Below the pieces are notes generated by a model. It did not search any database. It was not told the origin of the DNA and saw only the letters and a program-made list of their open reading frames with translations. Made by a program: the position numbers and the translations under genes. From Geosiphon pyriformis uo1 (taxonomy: Eukaryota; Fungi; Glomeromycota), in assembly GCA_016748015.1 (NCBI GenBank), contig JAAOMT010000273.1, positions 62,001 to 126,000 on the forward strand: DNA of 64,000 nt, given 5' to 3'. Shown piece by piece: positions 41,301 to 54,836 of the stretch (positions are counted from its first letter, which is position 1; every line of letters begins with the position of its first letter).

Positions 41301-41358
41301 CAAACCAAGAAAACTCCATACCAATGTTGATTGTCTCTTAAGAATGAGGCAAGATTAG
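35371..41358 (+). pseudogene. A polyprotein gag-protease-Cys-rich domain-dUTPase-RT-RNase H, in one reading frame
   Basis: All sense ORF fragments (35371, 36103, 36493, 37051, 38293, 39688, 40162) are in the same frame. ILDSGS at 37450, DAGYDL at 38788, RFCVDY at 40246, YLDN at 40549. Stops are nonsense transitions. Confidence 0.95.
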
Positions 41359-41404
41359 GATACAAAACCAACACCCATTTGAATTAACAACAAAACAACA
41401 AACA

Positions 41405-42790
41405 ATGAATCCCGAAAACTACAACAATCTTAAACAATATTTGGAGACATTAACAATCTCAACAGATTAGTCCCCAGATGAAAAACATTAGTTACAACAA
41501 CAAGCCAAACAATACTTCTTACACAACAACATTATTTATTATCAAAACTTCAGAAACCCAGACAATCTGCTCAGATTAATACAAGAACATGAAAAAAAAA
41601 CTATTTTATATAACATGCACTCAGACCTTTCATCAACACATCTAGGAAAAGACAATACTACTTAGAGAACACTAGGATATTACTTTTGGTCTCGAATAAG
41701 AAAAAACATTTATGAATATGTTAAATCTTGTGATAGTTGTCAAAGAAGAGGAGGAACTCACCTTACAGAACCTTTAAACCCAATCAAAGTTGGACAGCCT
41801 TTTGATCAAGTTGGTATCAATTTAGTCAGACCATTATCTATTACAAACCAAGAAAACCATTATATTGCAGTAGCTGTAGACTATCTCACTAAATGGCCTG
41901 AAGCCAGAGCCATTCAACGAGCAGATGCAAAATCAGTAGCAAATTTTATTTATGAAGACATTATCTGTAGACACAAATGCCCAATCAAACTTTTATTTGA
42001 TTAAGGAACACATTTTGTGAACAATCTAATTCAAGAAATCTGTAAACGATTCAATGTCAAAAGACCTCTGTCTTCATTCTACCATCCACAGACAAACAAA
42101 CTTGTGGAACATTTTAATAGAATATTGTGTGAGTTATTAGCCAAAGTCTCAACCAATTTTGAGCAAGAATGGGATATCTTTATTTCATTAGTGTTACTAG
42201 CATACAGAACACTAAAACAAGATACCACAAAACACACACCATTTGATTTAACTTATGGAAGGACAGCAACATTACCAATTAGTTTCACAGTGAAAACATA
42301 TCCAGCACAACCAATTGATAAAAACAATTTCCAGAAAACACTTCAATGAAGAGCCTACACTCTGCTTAACACATTGGAAGAAAAACAATGAATAGCAGCC
42401 ACTCATATTAAACACTCCCAAGCTCAACAAAAAGAATGGCATGACAACAAATTGTCTCCAGTTACCAATGGATTTAAAATTGGAAACAAAGTTCTCTTAC
42501 ACAGAACTAAAGCTGAAAAACAATGGAGTGGAAAATTTGAAAATAAATGGGATAGACCATTTTTTATTCATGAAGTTCTAGACAACAGATCATACAAGCT
42601 AAGACTTGATAACAAAATCCTAGCAAAAGTTGCACATAGAGATTGTTTGAAACACTATAATTCCAGAAACAATCCTGAACCATTAAATCCACAAATTGGT
42701 ACACATTTTTCTTTAATCAATCCTAAAGATATTCCCTAAAATTTAGAACCAATAATTGTTATTGAACAACCTCCCAACTTGAATACTTAA
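41405..42790 (+). pseudogene. A integrase (separate ORF, +1 frame)
   Basis: ATG at 41405, HHCC (MHSDLSSTHLG...CDSCQ), AVDYLTKWPEA, YHPQTNKLVE and WDRPF module. No chromodomain seen. Confidence 0.92.
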
Positions 42791-42912
42791 CTTAAATTTA
42801 TTATTATAGTTATCTCTTTATAATTTAAAAACAATCTCACAAAAACAAAGCAAAAATAACGTATAAACCCATACACCAAAAATAATTTTCTTTTATTTTC
42901 AAATCTCTTATA

Positions 42913-43632
42913 ATAACTATTCCTCAAAACATTCAACAATTATCTCAAAAACTGATGTTAGCTTTAAAAACAATACCCAAATTATCTATTACTGTCACTG
43001 GAAACCACATTAATTATACTCAAACAAATATAGTTACAAATTTAGCCCAAAATTCACAAAAATATTACCCATATAAGAAGAATACAAGAAGTTATTCTGG
43101 AATTCACCTGTCAAAACTTTCAAAGCTTGCTTTAAGAGAAAACTTAATACTCACTCCTATTAGTATTTTACCAAATGCTACTATTCAACAAAAATTTCAA
43201 CTGTGTTTTAATGAAGAAAACTATGACTATACTCCAATATATAGATATTTCTACATTGGAAAAACACTTCATGAACAAAAATAAGAGCTTACAGCAGTAA
43301 ATCTCATAAAAAAAGCTATTCGAAAACAACTCCACAATAATTTCAAGACAACAGCTGGACCTACAAACAGTCATTATAAACTAAGAGCTGCTCTTAGACT
43401 TTATGCCCTATTTTACACCTGTGAAAACATTCTACAAAACCCAATTTTACAACTTTTGAAGATTTAATACATTGGAAAGCTCACAGAACTGAAATTTCAA
43501 CAATTTTCAGACCAAATTTCTTCAATAATTTTGGATTATTATCTAGAAATTACAGATAGTACTTGGACTTTAACGGAGCTTAATCTTAAGGAGAAGATTA
43601 TGTTACCAGATGAAATTAGAAATAATATTTAG
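42913..43632 (+). pseudogene. A ORF3 (uncharacterised)
   Basis: ATA(ATG)-TIPQNIQQLSQKL start aligns with D MTYIPENISKLTQQL. Two nonsense codons. The frame runs through the PPT into the LTR. Confidence 0.8.
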
Positions 43633-44586
43633 CATGAAATTATCTTTATAACTCCTATCATTAATTAGCATATATTATCATTCAAATTATTACTTATTAT
43701 ATTAGCAAAATGTCCGAAATTATCATTTAATTAATAATCCAATTTGCACATAACATAAATGTAATCTAATTGTGATGATCAATCATGTAATACCCCGAAC
43801 TATGTAACATTCAAAAAGTTCACCAAAATTGGTAGAAATTTGCCGAAATAATTGATAGTTCACTGAAATATCTAATAGTTCGCAGAAATAACTTGTAGTT
43901 TGCCAAAATGTATTTTTAGTTCAGTGAAATTGTAGAAAAGAGCAAAGTTCAAGTTCATAAAATAGTGTTATAACAAGTTGTATAAAAAAAGAGCTTCTCT
44001 CTTTGAGAAAATATATCTTACTTCAGATTTAATAATTAGAATCATCCTTTACACACAAAAACAAAAATAAATATCAAATAATTCAAAAAACCAAATTCTT
44101 TAAATTATTGCATTTGGAAAATTCTCAAAACCCAACTAATGTTTTGAAATTGATTAGCTACCAATTTCAATAAACTGTTAATGACTTCAGGCCTGGATCA
44201 AAAACCATTTTCTTAACAAAATTCAATTTTCTTTTACATTTCTTTTATTTTTTTCTTTTATTTTCTTATCATAATCATTAGGGTAACCTACAGACAAGAT
44301 TCCTGTAAAAAAGTTGACTTTTACAGCAAAGTAACTACACATTTTTAGTGAGCTTCCAGATGAGCAATTCCTAGGAAAGAGTTGACATTTACTACAATAT
44401 AACTACACAAAGCAACTGGCACGGAATTGGCCATTCCACTTATAAGCCCAGCAGTTCAAATTATAAGAGATAATTTGAAGATAAAAATTCAGTTATCAGA
44501 AGTTCAAACACTTCCTATAGTCGTGAATTAACAGCATTACAATTAACATACAAGAGCTAAGAAGAGACCAAAAACCTCCAGTAATA
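43601..44586 (+). repeat. 3' LTR of A
   Basis: Same length as the 5' LTR. PPT aaggagaaga at 43588-43597. Confidence 0.95.
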
Positions 44587-44756
44587 ATGTTTTTTTATAG
44601 CTAAGAGACTTATCACTTATATAGTTATTAAAAGTAGTCAATGACCAAATTAATGATTAGATCAATAATTAGGTTAAAAATAGGATGGCTAATTATATGA
44701 TATTAGTAACTAATACATGTAATAATTAATAAAAAGTATGGGTTTTAACCATAATA
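44587..44756 (-). repeat. 3' LTR of B, right piece
   Basis: Matches 59415-59622 with fewer 12-bp repeats. PPT-like aaagagaatga lies immediately upstream on the minus strand. Confidence 0.88.
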
Positions 44757-47700
44757 TCATTCTCTTTAAAGAGATTGAGCTCTAACAAAATTAAGTTATT
44801 CATGAGATAATTTATTTGAAGAATTTTGTTTAATTTAAAACTAATTAGTCTATTAAAGTCTTTTGTAGATAAGATATATAATACCTAAAATAAAATAAGT
44901 TTTGTATTCAAGAGATCAAATCTTTGTATAAAAGTTTTGGCTCTTTTAGCAATAGTTAAAACTTTTGAGATATCTAACTGTATAATGTTCAAAATTTCTA
45001 TCTGTATCTTTGAAGTTGTTTTCTTTATGAATTTTATATCTTCTATAATTTCACCAAGATAACCATAAAATTTTAATTGTTTTTTATATGACAAGTTTTT
45101 GTTTATGGGCAAAATTTTTTAGATTGTTTTTCCAATTATGCTGGAAGATAAAAGTATTACTGCTATTATACTTTTTAACAGATATTTATCCATTTTGCTA
45201 CCAATTTTTTCTTTTCTGGTAGTTGTTTTTTTTGGTTTAATAATAGTATATGTTTCATTGTTATTAGTTATGGTGGTCTGTTTTCTAATAGTTAAAGTAG
45301 TATTTAGATAATTTTTGATTTAATACTTATGAAGAGTATAGAAAGCATTTTGAATGTTTTGATTTAGGAAATAATTGTTTATGTTGATTAAAGATACTTT
45401 TGTTTTAAGAATGGTGCATTTATTTATACTTGATTTTTGCTAATCATTTGAGTTAATATTATCACAACAAATAACCAATTAAGTTATTTATAATATTTCT
45501 TAAGTTATATATCATAAATAGGGCAATTATTGAAGATTGTTCTATATTGATCTTATAGAATATAAGAATTATTGTTTAAAACTTTGTTAACTAAAAAGAG
45601 TTCTTTTTATCAGTTAAAAAATTTGTTATCATAGATATTGTCTTTGTTTAAATGATATTTTAAAACTAAGTCATTAACATTTAAGGAAAGTATTTTATAA
45701 GTTTTCTTTTTCTTAAATTTTTCTTAGAACTGTTTTATTTTTTTAAAGGCCATTATTTATGTTTTTATTAATAAGTTAAGAATAGTACTAAGTCTTCTTT
45801 GCAAAATGTTTTTATAATTTTTTATTGTGATTTCTTCAAAGGATATTGTTTTAATGTTAATTTTTATTGGTAGTGTTGTCATTTGTTCATAGAACAAATA
45901 AAAAAATTTATAATTTATTATGTCATAATTTACAGTTTTATAAGCAAACAAAGCTAAAAACAGTACTTTGTCTCATAAATTTGTTTTTTTACTGGTTTTG
46001 GCTAAGGTTTTATATAGTGTTTTATTAAAATGTTTTACTAGGCTATTTGTTTGAAGATAATAAAAAGAAGAAAGTTTATAACATATTCCCATTTTTCTAC
46101 AAAGTTCTTCAACCAGTGTACTAAGAAAAGCTTTTTCTTAATTAAATAAAAGTTTTTTGGAGCAGTCATAATGGCAGATGATATCTTTATAAATGAAATT
46201 GGCTATTAAGACTGCTGTTTGGTCTAAAATGGCTCTTGTTTCTATTTACTTTGTAAAATAGTTGGTAGTTGTAATAATGTATTTATTGCGATTAAGAATT
46301 ATTATTAGAGGTTCAATAACATCTATGCCAATTTTGTCAAATAGTTGACCAACAGAGATTGGATGAATATTTTTTTTGTGATTAGGTTTTCTCTTCTTTG
46401 GCAGATATCATAGGTTTTGATGTACTTAGTAATGTCTTTTTTTAATGTAAGTTAATAATAGTAAGCTAAGATTTTCTGTATTGTTTTTGTTTTTCTAAAG
46501 TGTTCAGTTAATGAATTAGTATGCATATTATAGATCAAAATTTCTTTTTTTTCAAATTTGATAACTCTCTGGAAGTGGTTAGAATTTTTTCTGTTTCTTT
46601 TATATAACTGGTTCTGGTAAATCAAATAGAAATTTAATTATTTGTGCAAATGTTCTTTTTGTTGTTAAGAGTATTCTAATGAGTATTATTTTTTACTCAA
46701 AAATTCCATTAAGACAGAGTAGTTGTCTAAGTCTATTATTATGTTTGTTTATGAGAAAGTTACTAATAATTAAGTTGATTTAAAAGATTGTACTATTACT
46801 GAATGATAAGTTTAAAGAGAATATTGGTGTTTTGATGATTTGCTTCTTTATGGTGTTGAATGTCATAGTTGAATTCATCCAGATAAAATATCTAGCAAGT
46901 TATTTATTTGTGTTTTAGCTTCTTTTTGTTGCACAGCCAAATCAAGGCTTAATGATCTATTATCACTAGAAATTTTACACAAAAAAAATATTGGTCTCAA
47001 TAACTAGTAGTTTAAACTACTGCTAAGCATTTTTGTTTAGTAATTAAATAGTTTTTTTTTGCTAATGTAAGAGTTTTATTGGCATATGCTATAGCATGTT
47101 CTCTGCCATTTTTATCTTTTTATAAGAAAACAGCACTAAGTCTATAGCCAAATGTATTAGTATGCAAAATAAAAAGTTGGTTCAGATCAAATTGTTTAAG
47201 GATTAATTTAGTAACAAGTTTTTTCTTTAGAGTTTTAAAAGCTTTTTGCTGACAAGTGCCTCAATAATAATTAACATTTTTTCTGAGTAGCTGATTGAGA
47301 AGAAAGATGATTTTGGAGAAATTCTTGATAAATTTATGATAGTAAAAAGCCAAACCAAGAAAAGAGCATAGTTTAAGAACATTTATTAGTTGTTTAATGT
47401 TTTGAACTTTTTCAAATTTAGCTAAATCAGAGAAGATTCTATTTTTATAATTAAAATAACCAAAAAACTGGGTGGATTGATGTCTAAAAAAAGATTTGAT
47501 TGGGTTTATCTTGAGATCAGCATTTTTAAGAAGATCAAAAACCTTTTGCAAGTGTTTAAAATGTTTATTCCAGGTTTTTGAGTATATTATTATGTTGTTC
47601 AAGTAGACCAGAACAAAGTTTTTTTTTACTGATTCAAACACTTTGTTCATTAGGCATTAAAAAGTGAGAAGAGCATTAGTAAGACTAAAAAACATGACTG

Positions 47701-48359
47701 TGAATTTATAAATGTTATATTTGGTAATAAAAGCAGTTTTTTTTCTGCTTTTTAAATTCATCTCTATTTGCCAAAATTCAGCAGTTAAGTCAATAATTGA
47801 GAAAAAAGCAGCACTATTAAATTTGTCTAGTATTGCATCAATTTTGGGAAATAAGTATATATCTTTTATAGTAATGGTATTTAATTGACAATAGTTAACA
47901 CAGAAACATAGGATTCCATCTTTCTTGAATATTATTACAACTGGAAAAGCCTATTCACTCTTGGTTTCTTATATGAATTCAAAATTTTTCATTCTGTTTA
48001 TCTCTTTCTTAATAAACTTATTATTGTGTTGATTAGATTGATAAGACTTTAAATAGATAAAACAAGTTTCTTTGGTGGTAATGATATGTTGTATTATATA
48101 GATCTGTTCAGGAGTATTACTTTCTTTTAAGATAACTGTGCTATTTCTAGCCAACAGATTTTTAATGTTTATTTTTTTTTTTTAGGAAAGAGTTCTTTTT
48201 GTTTTACTACAAGTAATTAGATCTCAGATTGTTTATTTTCAAAGAATTTTTGTATTTCTTTTATTTTTTTTTTAGGTATTAAACTAATTGGTTCTTAATC
48301 TTTGTAATAGATTAGGCAAAACTTGCATTTATTACTAAGAAAATATAAAAGTTTATTAC
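44757..48359 (-). pseudogene. B RT-RNase H, integrase and ORF3, heavily decayed
   Basis: VYLNNIIIYS (YLDD) in ORF 47261-47650, integrase LFAYKT at 45757-45951 and ORF3-like FYGYLGEII...AKRA at 44885-45112. Confidence 0.85.
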
Positions 48360-49211
48360 TGTTACTTATAAAAAATAAGAATTATATATTAGTACATAAT
48401 TAGCCAATCAGAATAGACATAGTAAAAGTAAAATTACAAAATTTTTCTTAGAGGAATTGTAAGATTCCAGAATTACAGAATTTCTGTATAAAGAATTGCA
48501 GGATTTCAGAATTCTAAAATTTTCTTTAAAGAATTACAGGATTTCAGAAATTTCAAAATTTCTGGCTAGAGAATTTAAGAATTTAAGAAATTTTGTACAA
48601 TAAAATTTATGTATATATAATGGTAATATTAGAAACAAAAAAGACAGAATCTCTTAGTTTAGAATCTCCAGTTTCAATTCCAAATTCATTCCTTCATACA
48701 ACAATTCATGTTAATAGTTGCCAATATTTAATTATACTAGACCAATAATTTTTGATCATGGCTATTGACAAAATACTAACTCTTTTTTTGTCTTGGCTTA
48801 TCTTTTTATTTTTTTTTCTTTTTTATTTTTTTATTTACTAATTAATTAAAAATTAAAGCACTAAATTACTAAAATTAGAAATAAAACTGGTAAAAAATCC
48901 AGGAATAAAAATAGACACTTAGAATTGAAAGATAGCTTACCAAGGAACCAACCATCAAGCTAAGAAAGAAATTAACAGAATAGATATTCTGGGAAGCTAT
49001 GAACAACAACACACATTAATTCACAGATTGAGAAAAAAACTAGAAACATCACAACAGGATTACAATATTAAATTTCTATTTATTATACAAAGAATTCAAC
49101 CAAAATCTTTAGATAACCAAAACCTTCAGATATTATCAACTATATTACTTATTAAGCACCAAATTATGGGTTTGTTATTTGTTTTCAGATCTCAAATAAT
49201 TATTTGTAACA
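48360..49211 (+). repeat. 5' LTR of C, followed by PBS tttggtgctttctgt
   Basis: tgttacttat...ttgtaaca. Homologous to 9917-10730. Confidence 0.9.
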
Positions 49212-51767
49212 TTTGGTGCTTTCTGTAAAATATAATCTAACAGAAAACCAGCACTAATAATTATTATTCAGAAAAGTGGCAGACCAAAAAAGTATAGGAG
49301 AAAACCATTTAGAATTCACGAAATTCTTATTTTAGCATTATAAAAATTACCTTAGATTAACAAATAATAACTGGCCAGCAGAATCAGCTTTTAATTTCTA
49401 TGTTAATAAAAAATCAAATTATACTTAAAAGTCAAGGGAAATTTAGAAACTGCTCTTAACAACTTTAACAGTGAATTATTCCAAAACATTACACTGTTTC
49501 CAAACCATTTGTTTGTACCAACAATTACAAAAATAAATAGAAAAATTGAAAATTATACACAACAAAGATTTTCTATTATTTTTGCAAATAAAAAAAAACT
49601 ACAAATACCAGCAAAAATACCAAAAAAAATACAACTACCTACTTAGAAGAAACCAAGAGTAGTTTTTTCTATTTACTTATCATATTATTATACACCAGAA
49701 AATACAATCAACATAATATCAGCAAACACATCCACATTAACTGCAAAAACACTATTAGCAAAAATAATATTCCAAAGCAACCAAAAAAAAGCCAATTTAT
49801 TAAAAACTTATGGCAATTACTTTAAAAGATTTAAATCATGATTATTAATACCATTAGGATTTCGATTACCACTATTTTAACTTAATTTTGGAGCCACTAA
49901 TTTTTGGGAAATAACCAACTCGAAAGAAGAGAAAAATAAAGATCAGAAATTTAATTATCAAAACCCAATTATTCTAACTTAGCAAAATTAAAACAATTCA
50001 AATCCCATTTCTATTGTTCCTCAAAACTTATCTTTAGTAATCATAATTAATCCATTACTAGTTGTACCAATCACTGAACAGTAGCAACAACAGCTGCAAT
50101 CACCATCTCAACAACAACTTTAATAACAACTATTATCACAACTACCACTAGCACTGATGGCTTATGTTCCAATTACAAAACTTGAAAAATTCACTGACAA
50201 GGAAGATAATGTTCAAGTATGGCTCAATAATATAGAAAAAGCCATTACAGCCAATAGATAGGACAATGCCAAAGCATTACAGGCAATTCTATATTTTTTT
50301 CAGAATACTACTGATTTCTGGTATTAAAGTCTAATCCAAAAACTCCAAGACTTTAATACATTCAAAGTTGAATTTTTGAGATATTTTAGTAACAATAATA
50401 GCATCAATTGCCTAACAAATACTTTTACAACTATCAAGCAAAAAAAAACTAGTTACTACTTATTTAAAATGCTTTCATAGAAATCTGTACCAAATACAAA
50501 CAATTGACGTGAACTATTTCACTGTGCCACAAATCTTGAATCAATTTATTTATGGCTTGTGTAGTAGTCTTCTATAATACATACATTCAATGCATTTACA
50601 AACACTCCAAAATATCATCACTCACACCAGAAATTTTGAATTAGCCAAGCTAAAAGCCAATTATATTCAAGCTATTAATCTAGTAATGAATAGATCATCT
50701 GACTTGGAATTCCAAATTGAAACAATTCAGTAATTTAATCAATTAGAAATTGAAAAGATACTTAGCTAACAATCAAGCAATATATTAATCTTTACAACAT
50801 CATAAAAATCCAGAAAATTTCAATCACATTCAGCAATAAACACATCTGTTATCATTAAATCAACCATGACAAATAGAAATATGTAATTACTACTACTGTA
50901 GTAGACAAAAATATTTAAAAATGAACTGCCAATTTAAAGAAAATAATTCATAATCAGGAAATCAATATTGAAATTCTGATTATGGATTTCAAATTCTGAA
51001 CTATACCAGTAATTAATCACCAGAACAATACCAATATTAATCACATTACACTTAAATAACACAGCCAATTTATCAATCACCAATCTATTAACTACTAGCA
51101 CCAGTAATTTATTAACCATTCCAGCTCCAAATTATTTATCAGCCTCAACTAAATCAGAGTTAGCCACAGAACTTATCTTAAAATAGAAGCCAAAGACTAA
51201 AAACTGCTCAGATCTGCCAAAATTGGCAATTAGCAATAGTAATGCACTAACTAATTTCCAGTTTAACAGCCTAGCAATCTGGATCTCAACAGCAAAATTT
51301 GGAAACTACTTATGCCAATACTATTTAAGTTTCTTGGTATCTCCAGAGACCACAATACCCAATTCATTGAAATTCAATTAAATCTAAATACTTACTAACA
51401 ACATTTTACCAGCAATTATTACTGAAAATGAATTACTTGCAGTCATATTTCCATTTAAAATAGAAGAATTAACAATAACACTTCTATTCAGTAGAGCTGT
51501 ACTCAATGCCAAACTCATTACTACAATATACACAAATGTCAAAGTTGATGGACACCCTATTAAACTGATCTTAAATAGTGGATCAGCCAGCAGCATCATT
51601 ATTTGACAACTTATGGACCAATTAGATTACCAAGTTAATTGTACAGCCAGTGCTAGAATAATCACTGCTGATGAAATGACAAAAATGCCTATTAATAAGA
51701 TTGATAACTTCTTTTTTAAAGTCAATGGCATCATTGTATCTATCAAAGTATTGGTAATGGAAGCCAT

Positions 51768-52384
51768 TGTTACAGGATGGTTTTCTTGTTATATTTAATT
51801 GCTGATATCCCGCTTTAATTGCAATCAGTCTTTCGTGAGTTCCTCAATTCTATTTGTGTGATAATGTCACTGTTACACTGAAGGCTTTCTTTTTACTGTT
51901 GCGATGTAAGTTATTCTTTAATTCTTGATTGTTGTGTGTGTTTATGTACTCCTTCTCANNNNNNNNNNNNNNNNNNNNNNNNNNNNNNNNNNNNNNNNNN
52001 NTTTTTGATTTTAAAGGTTTCTTGGGATATTTAATTTGAAAGTATGATTTAAAGTGGAGTTTGTTGGATAAAATTGGATCTATTGCTTGATAAGTTATGA
52101 TTTTTATTACTTGATTGATTCTTTCCCAATATTAAAACTACTGTATATATACATGTTTGTAGTTCTACGAGAAAATACTTTCTTTTTGATATTTCAACCT
52201 GGTGCTTGCTGCTATCACCAGTTGGTGTTGGCTGCTATTGTGAACTGGTGCTTGCCACTATCGCGAGATGGTGTTTGCTACTATGTTAATCATTACCTTT
52301 CTAAGATTATTACTGTGCTATATTATGATTGAATAGTTTGTATTATTTTTATGATTCTTTTTGCTAAATTCTTAAACCGTAACA
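51768..52384 (-). repeat. Solo LTR, D-related family (spans an N gap)
   Basis: tgttacagg...ccgtaaca. Perfect TSD ccat at 51764-51767 and 52385-52388. First 190 bp match 13902-14090. Confidence 0.88.
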
Positions 52385-53731
52385 CCATGTAATACTAAGC
52401 TCTAGTTGGTAATAATTGGTTGTTTAAGACTAATACTGTGCTTGATTGAAACACCCAGTAATTGCAACCAAGTCAAAATGGCCAGAATATTTATGTACCA
52501 GCCATCTGTGGACATTTCAAAACCACTATCAATGAACAGCCACTAATCAAGTTTGAGGAAGAAGAAAAAAAATCTACCTGAGAAGCTTACCAAGTCTCCT
52601 AGGTTAATGATGACCACAACAATTTACCACCAGTACTTGTATGGAGAGAAAAGAGAAAAAAAAAAGAAAAAGAAGAAGACAAACCCCAAGCAACAACCTT
52701 CACTTATACTTCAAATACCATTAATTACTTCAATTTAAATTACTGTTAACTGAAACTAGTATGTATTGATTGTGGCAAAAAATTGTCATTTATAAGTGTA
52801 TGTTGTAGCAATGATAAAAAATAACCTATGGCAACAAAATACTATTGTCACCTATGTATCTTTAAATGTTTTGGATGACCAAAAAAACAAGAAAAATAGG
52901 ACAACAAACCATGTCTTGCTTGTGGAAAAACTTTTTTAAATAAAAAAATATAGAACAACATTTCTGGTTGTGAAAAAATATGTGACAAATTGTATTAATA
53001 CATGATTCTAATCAGTGATTGGATACAAAAAAGAATGCTAATAGACACTGTTTGGTAAAGAGCTGTGAAATATTTGGATGGTTGTCTACACAATGATGAT
53101 AAAATCTAGAAGATGGCAATTGCCAAAATTGAAGATGTGACTTTAGAAGAAATTAAAACCATTAAAAACAACCCATTAGAACTAAAAAAAATTATTTGGG
53201 TCTTAAATCCCAATATTATCCTTAATATAATGAATTCTGAACAATTCTACAAATACTACCAAGAATTAGCATCCATTAGAAAGAAGTAAGAACAATATTT
53301 AGAACAGTTCAATATCTGTTTATATGACTACTATTTAATTCCATGTGATTTCTAATATTGTAATAATTGTAATTTTATTTATAATCTACTATCATGCATA
53401 ATTTACATAATCCCAGAAGAAAAAAAGCCAATCAGCAACTGTAAAACATAATTGGAATTGTCACTCAATTGCAATTTAAACTATGACAATAATAATAATA
53501 ACAACAATTTTAGTTTCATTCAAAATAGCAATAACAACAGCAACAATTCAAATCCCAATTTAAACTCAAAACAATATATTGCACTCTCTGATCTTTCCAA
53601 AGAGCAAGAACTTAAATAGTTTAATAATAATAAAGATATTATGTCAGAACAAATACATAATACTAATACAGTTTGATTTGAAATATTCAGAAAAAAATAT
53701 CATTAAATTAGAACCATATTTATGCACCTGT

Positions 53732-54611
53732 TATTATTTATGAAATATAGAAAGTATATTAGTATATAAATTAACCAATCAGAAGTAGCCATAGTAGATG
53801 TGAAATTACAGAATTTTTCTTAAAAGAAATTGCAGAATTTCAGGAATTTTAGGATTCTCATATAAGAAATTGCAGAATTCCAAAATTCCAAAATTTCTCT
53901 CAAAGGAATTGCAGAATTCCAGAAATTTCAAGATTCTTGATGTGAAAAATTGAAGAATTGAGGAATCTCAATTATGTATATATAGTGGTAGCATTAGAAG
54001 TAGAAAAGACAAACCTTTTAGTTTAAATTGTTTTATCTAAAAAACCTTCCACATAATAAATATCAAATAAATAAGTATTCACTATTGCAAATCTACTTCC
54101 CACTATTAATATTTCATGTTGATAGTAATTGATACTTAACCACACTGGAACAATAGCTCTTGATCATGGTTATTGACAGAATACTAACATTTATTGTCTT
54201 GGCTTATTTTTTTTTTCTTTTATTTTCTTTTTATGTTATTTTGTTATTTTTTGTTGTTAATTAATTAATTAAAAAATAAAGTGCTAAGTTATTGATGTCA
54301 AAGATAGTCTGGTAAAAGATCCCAAAAAAAGGATATAAAGAGTAATAATTCAAGAATAGCTTACCAAAAGAGCATTTCTGCCAGATTACCAGCCACTATG
54401 CTGAAAAAGAAATTCAATGGAATTGCAATTTTGGAAGGCTACTAAGACACTATTGAATCTTTGTCTATTATACAAAGAACTCAACCAAAACTTTCAGACC
54501 ACCAAATCTTCAGATCATAAAAATCTTTAGAAACCAACATCATCTAATCAATTGAGCACCAAGTTATAAGTTTGTTATTTGCTTTGAGACTCCAAATAAT
54601 CACCTGTAATA
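53732..54611 (+). repeat. Solo LTR, family C, inside the C dUTPase
   Basis: TSD ctgt/ttgt. Removal restores LCTCIDLKLALKI. Confidence 0.88.
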
Positions 54612-54836
54612 TTGTATAGATCTGAAATTAGCACTAAAAATTTCAGCAACAATCATGGTTTTATTAGCATCTAGATCTAGTTTAGCAAAAAAGAGAATTA
54701 ACATCAAAGAAAAAATAATTAATGCAGGATATGTGGAAAATATTATGGCAATGCTACAAAATAATTTAAAAAAAACTTATATTATAGAACCAAATAAAAA
54801 GATAGCACAGACAATATTCCTGCCTCTGATTAAAAT

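Larger units (their letters stand above)
34340..44586 (+). mobile_element. Full-length Gypsy element A inserted in the B 3' LTR
   Basis: Two 986-bp LTRs. Perfect TSD atgt at 34336-34339 and 44587-44590. PBS and PPT present. Confidence 0.96.

Noticed and set aside
42913-43632. ORF3 as an envelope gene
   Set aside because: It is too short and shows no signal peptide, furin site or transmembrane anchor.
54130-54195. LTR hairpin region as a ribozyme or U1 snRNA fragment (atacttaac, gatcacg)
   Set aside because: It lacks complete hammerhead (CUGANGA/GAAA), twister, pistol or hairpin cores. The U1 similarity is only a few nucleotides.
54182-54260. TACTAAC followed by a pyrimidine tract (possible intron branch point in C LTRs)
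   Set aside because: The H copy has TACCAAC, the bases belong to the outer stem, and no consistent splice sites were found.
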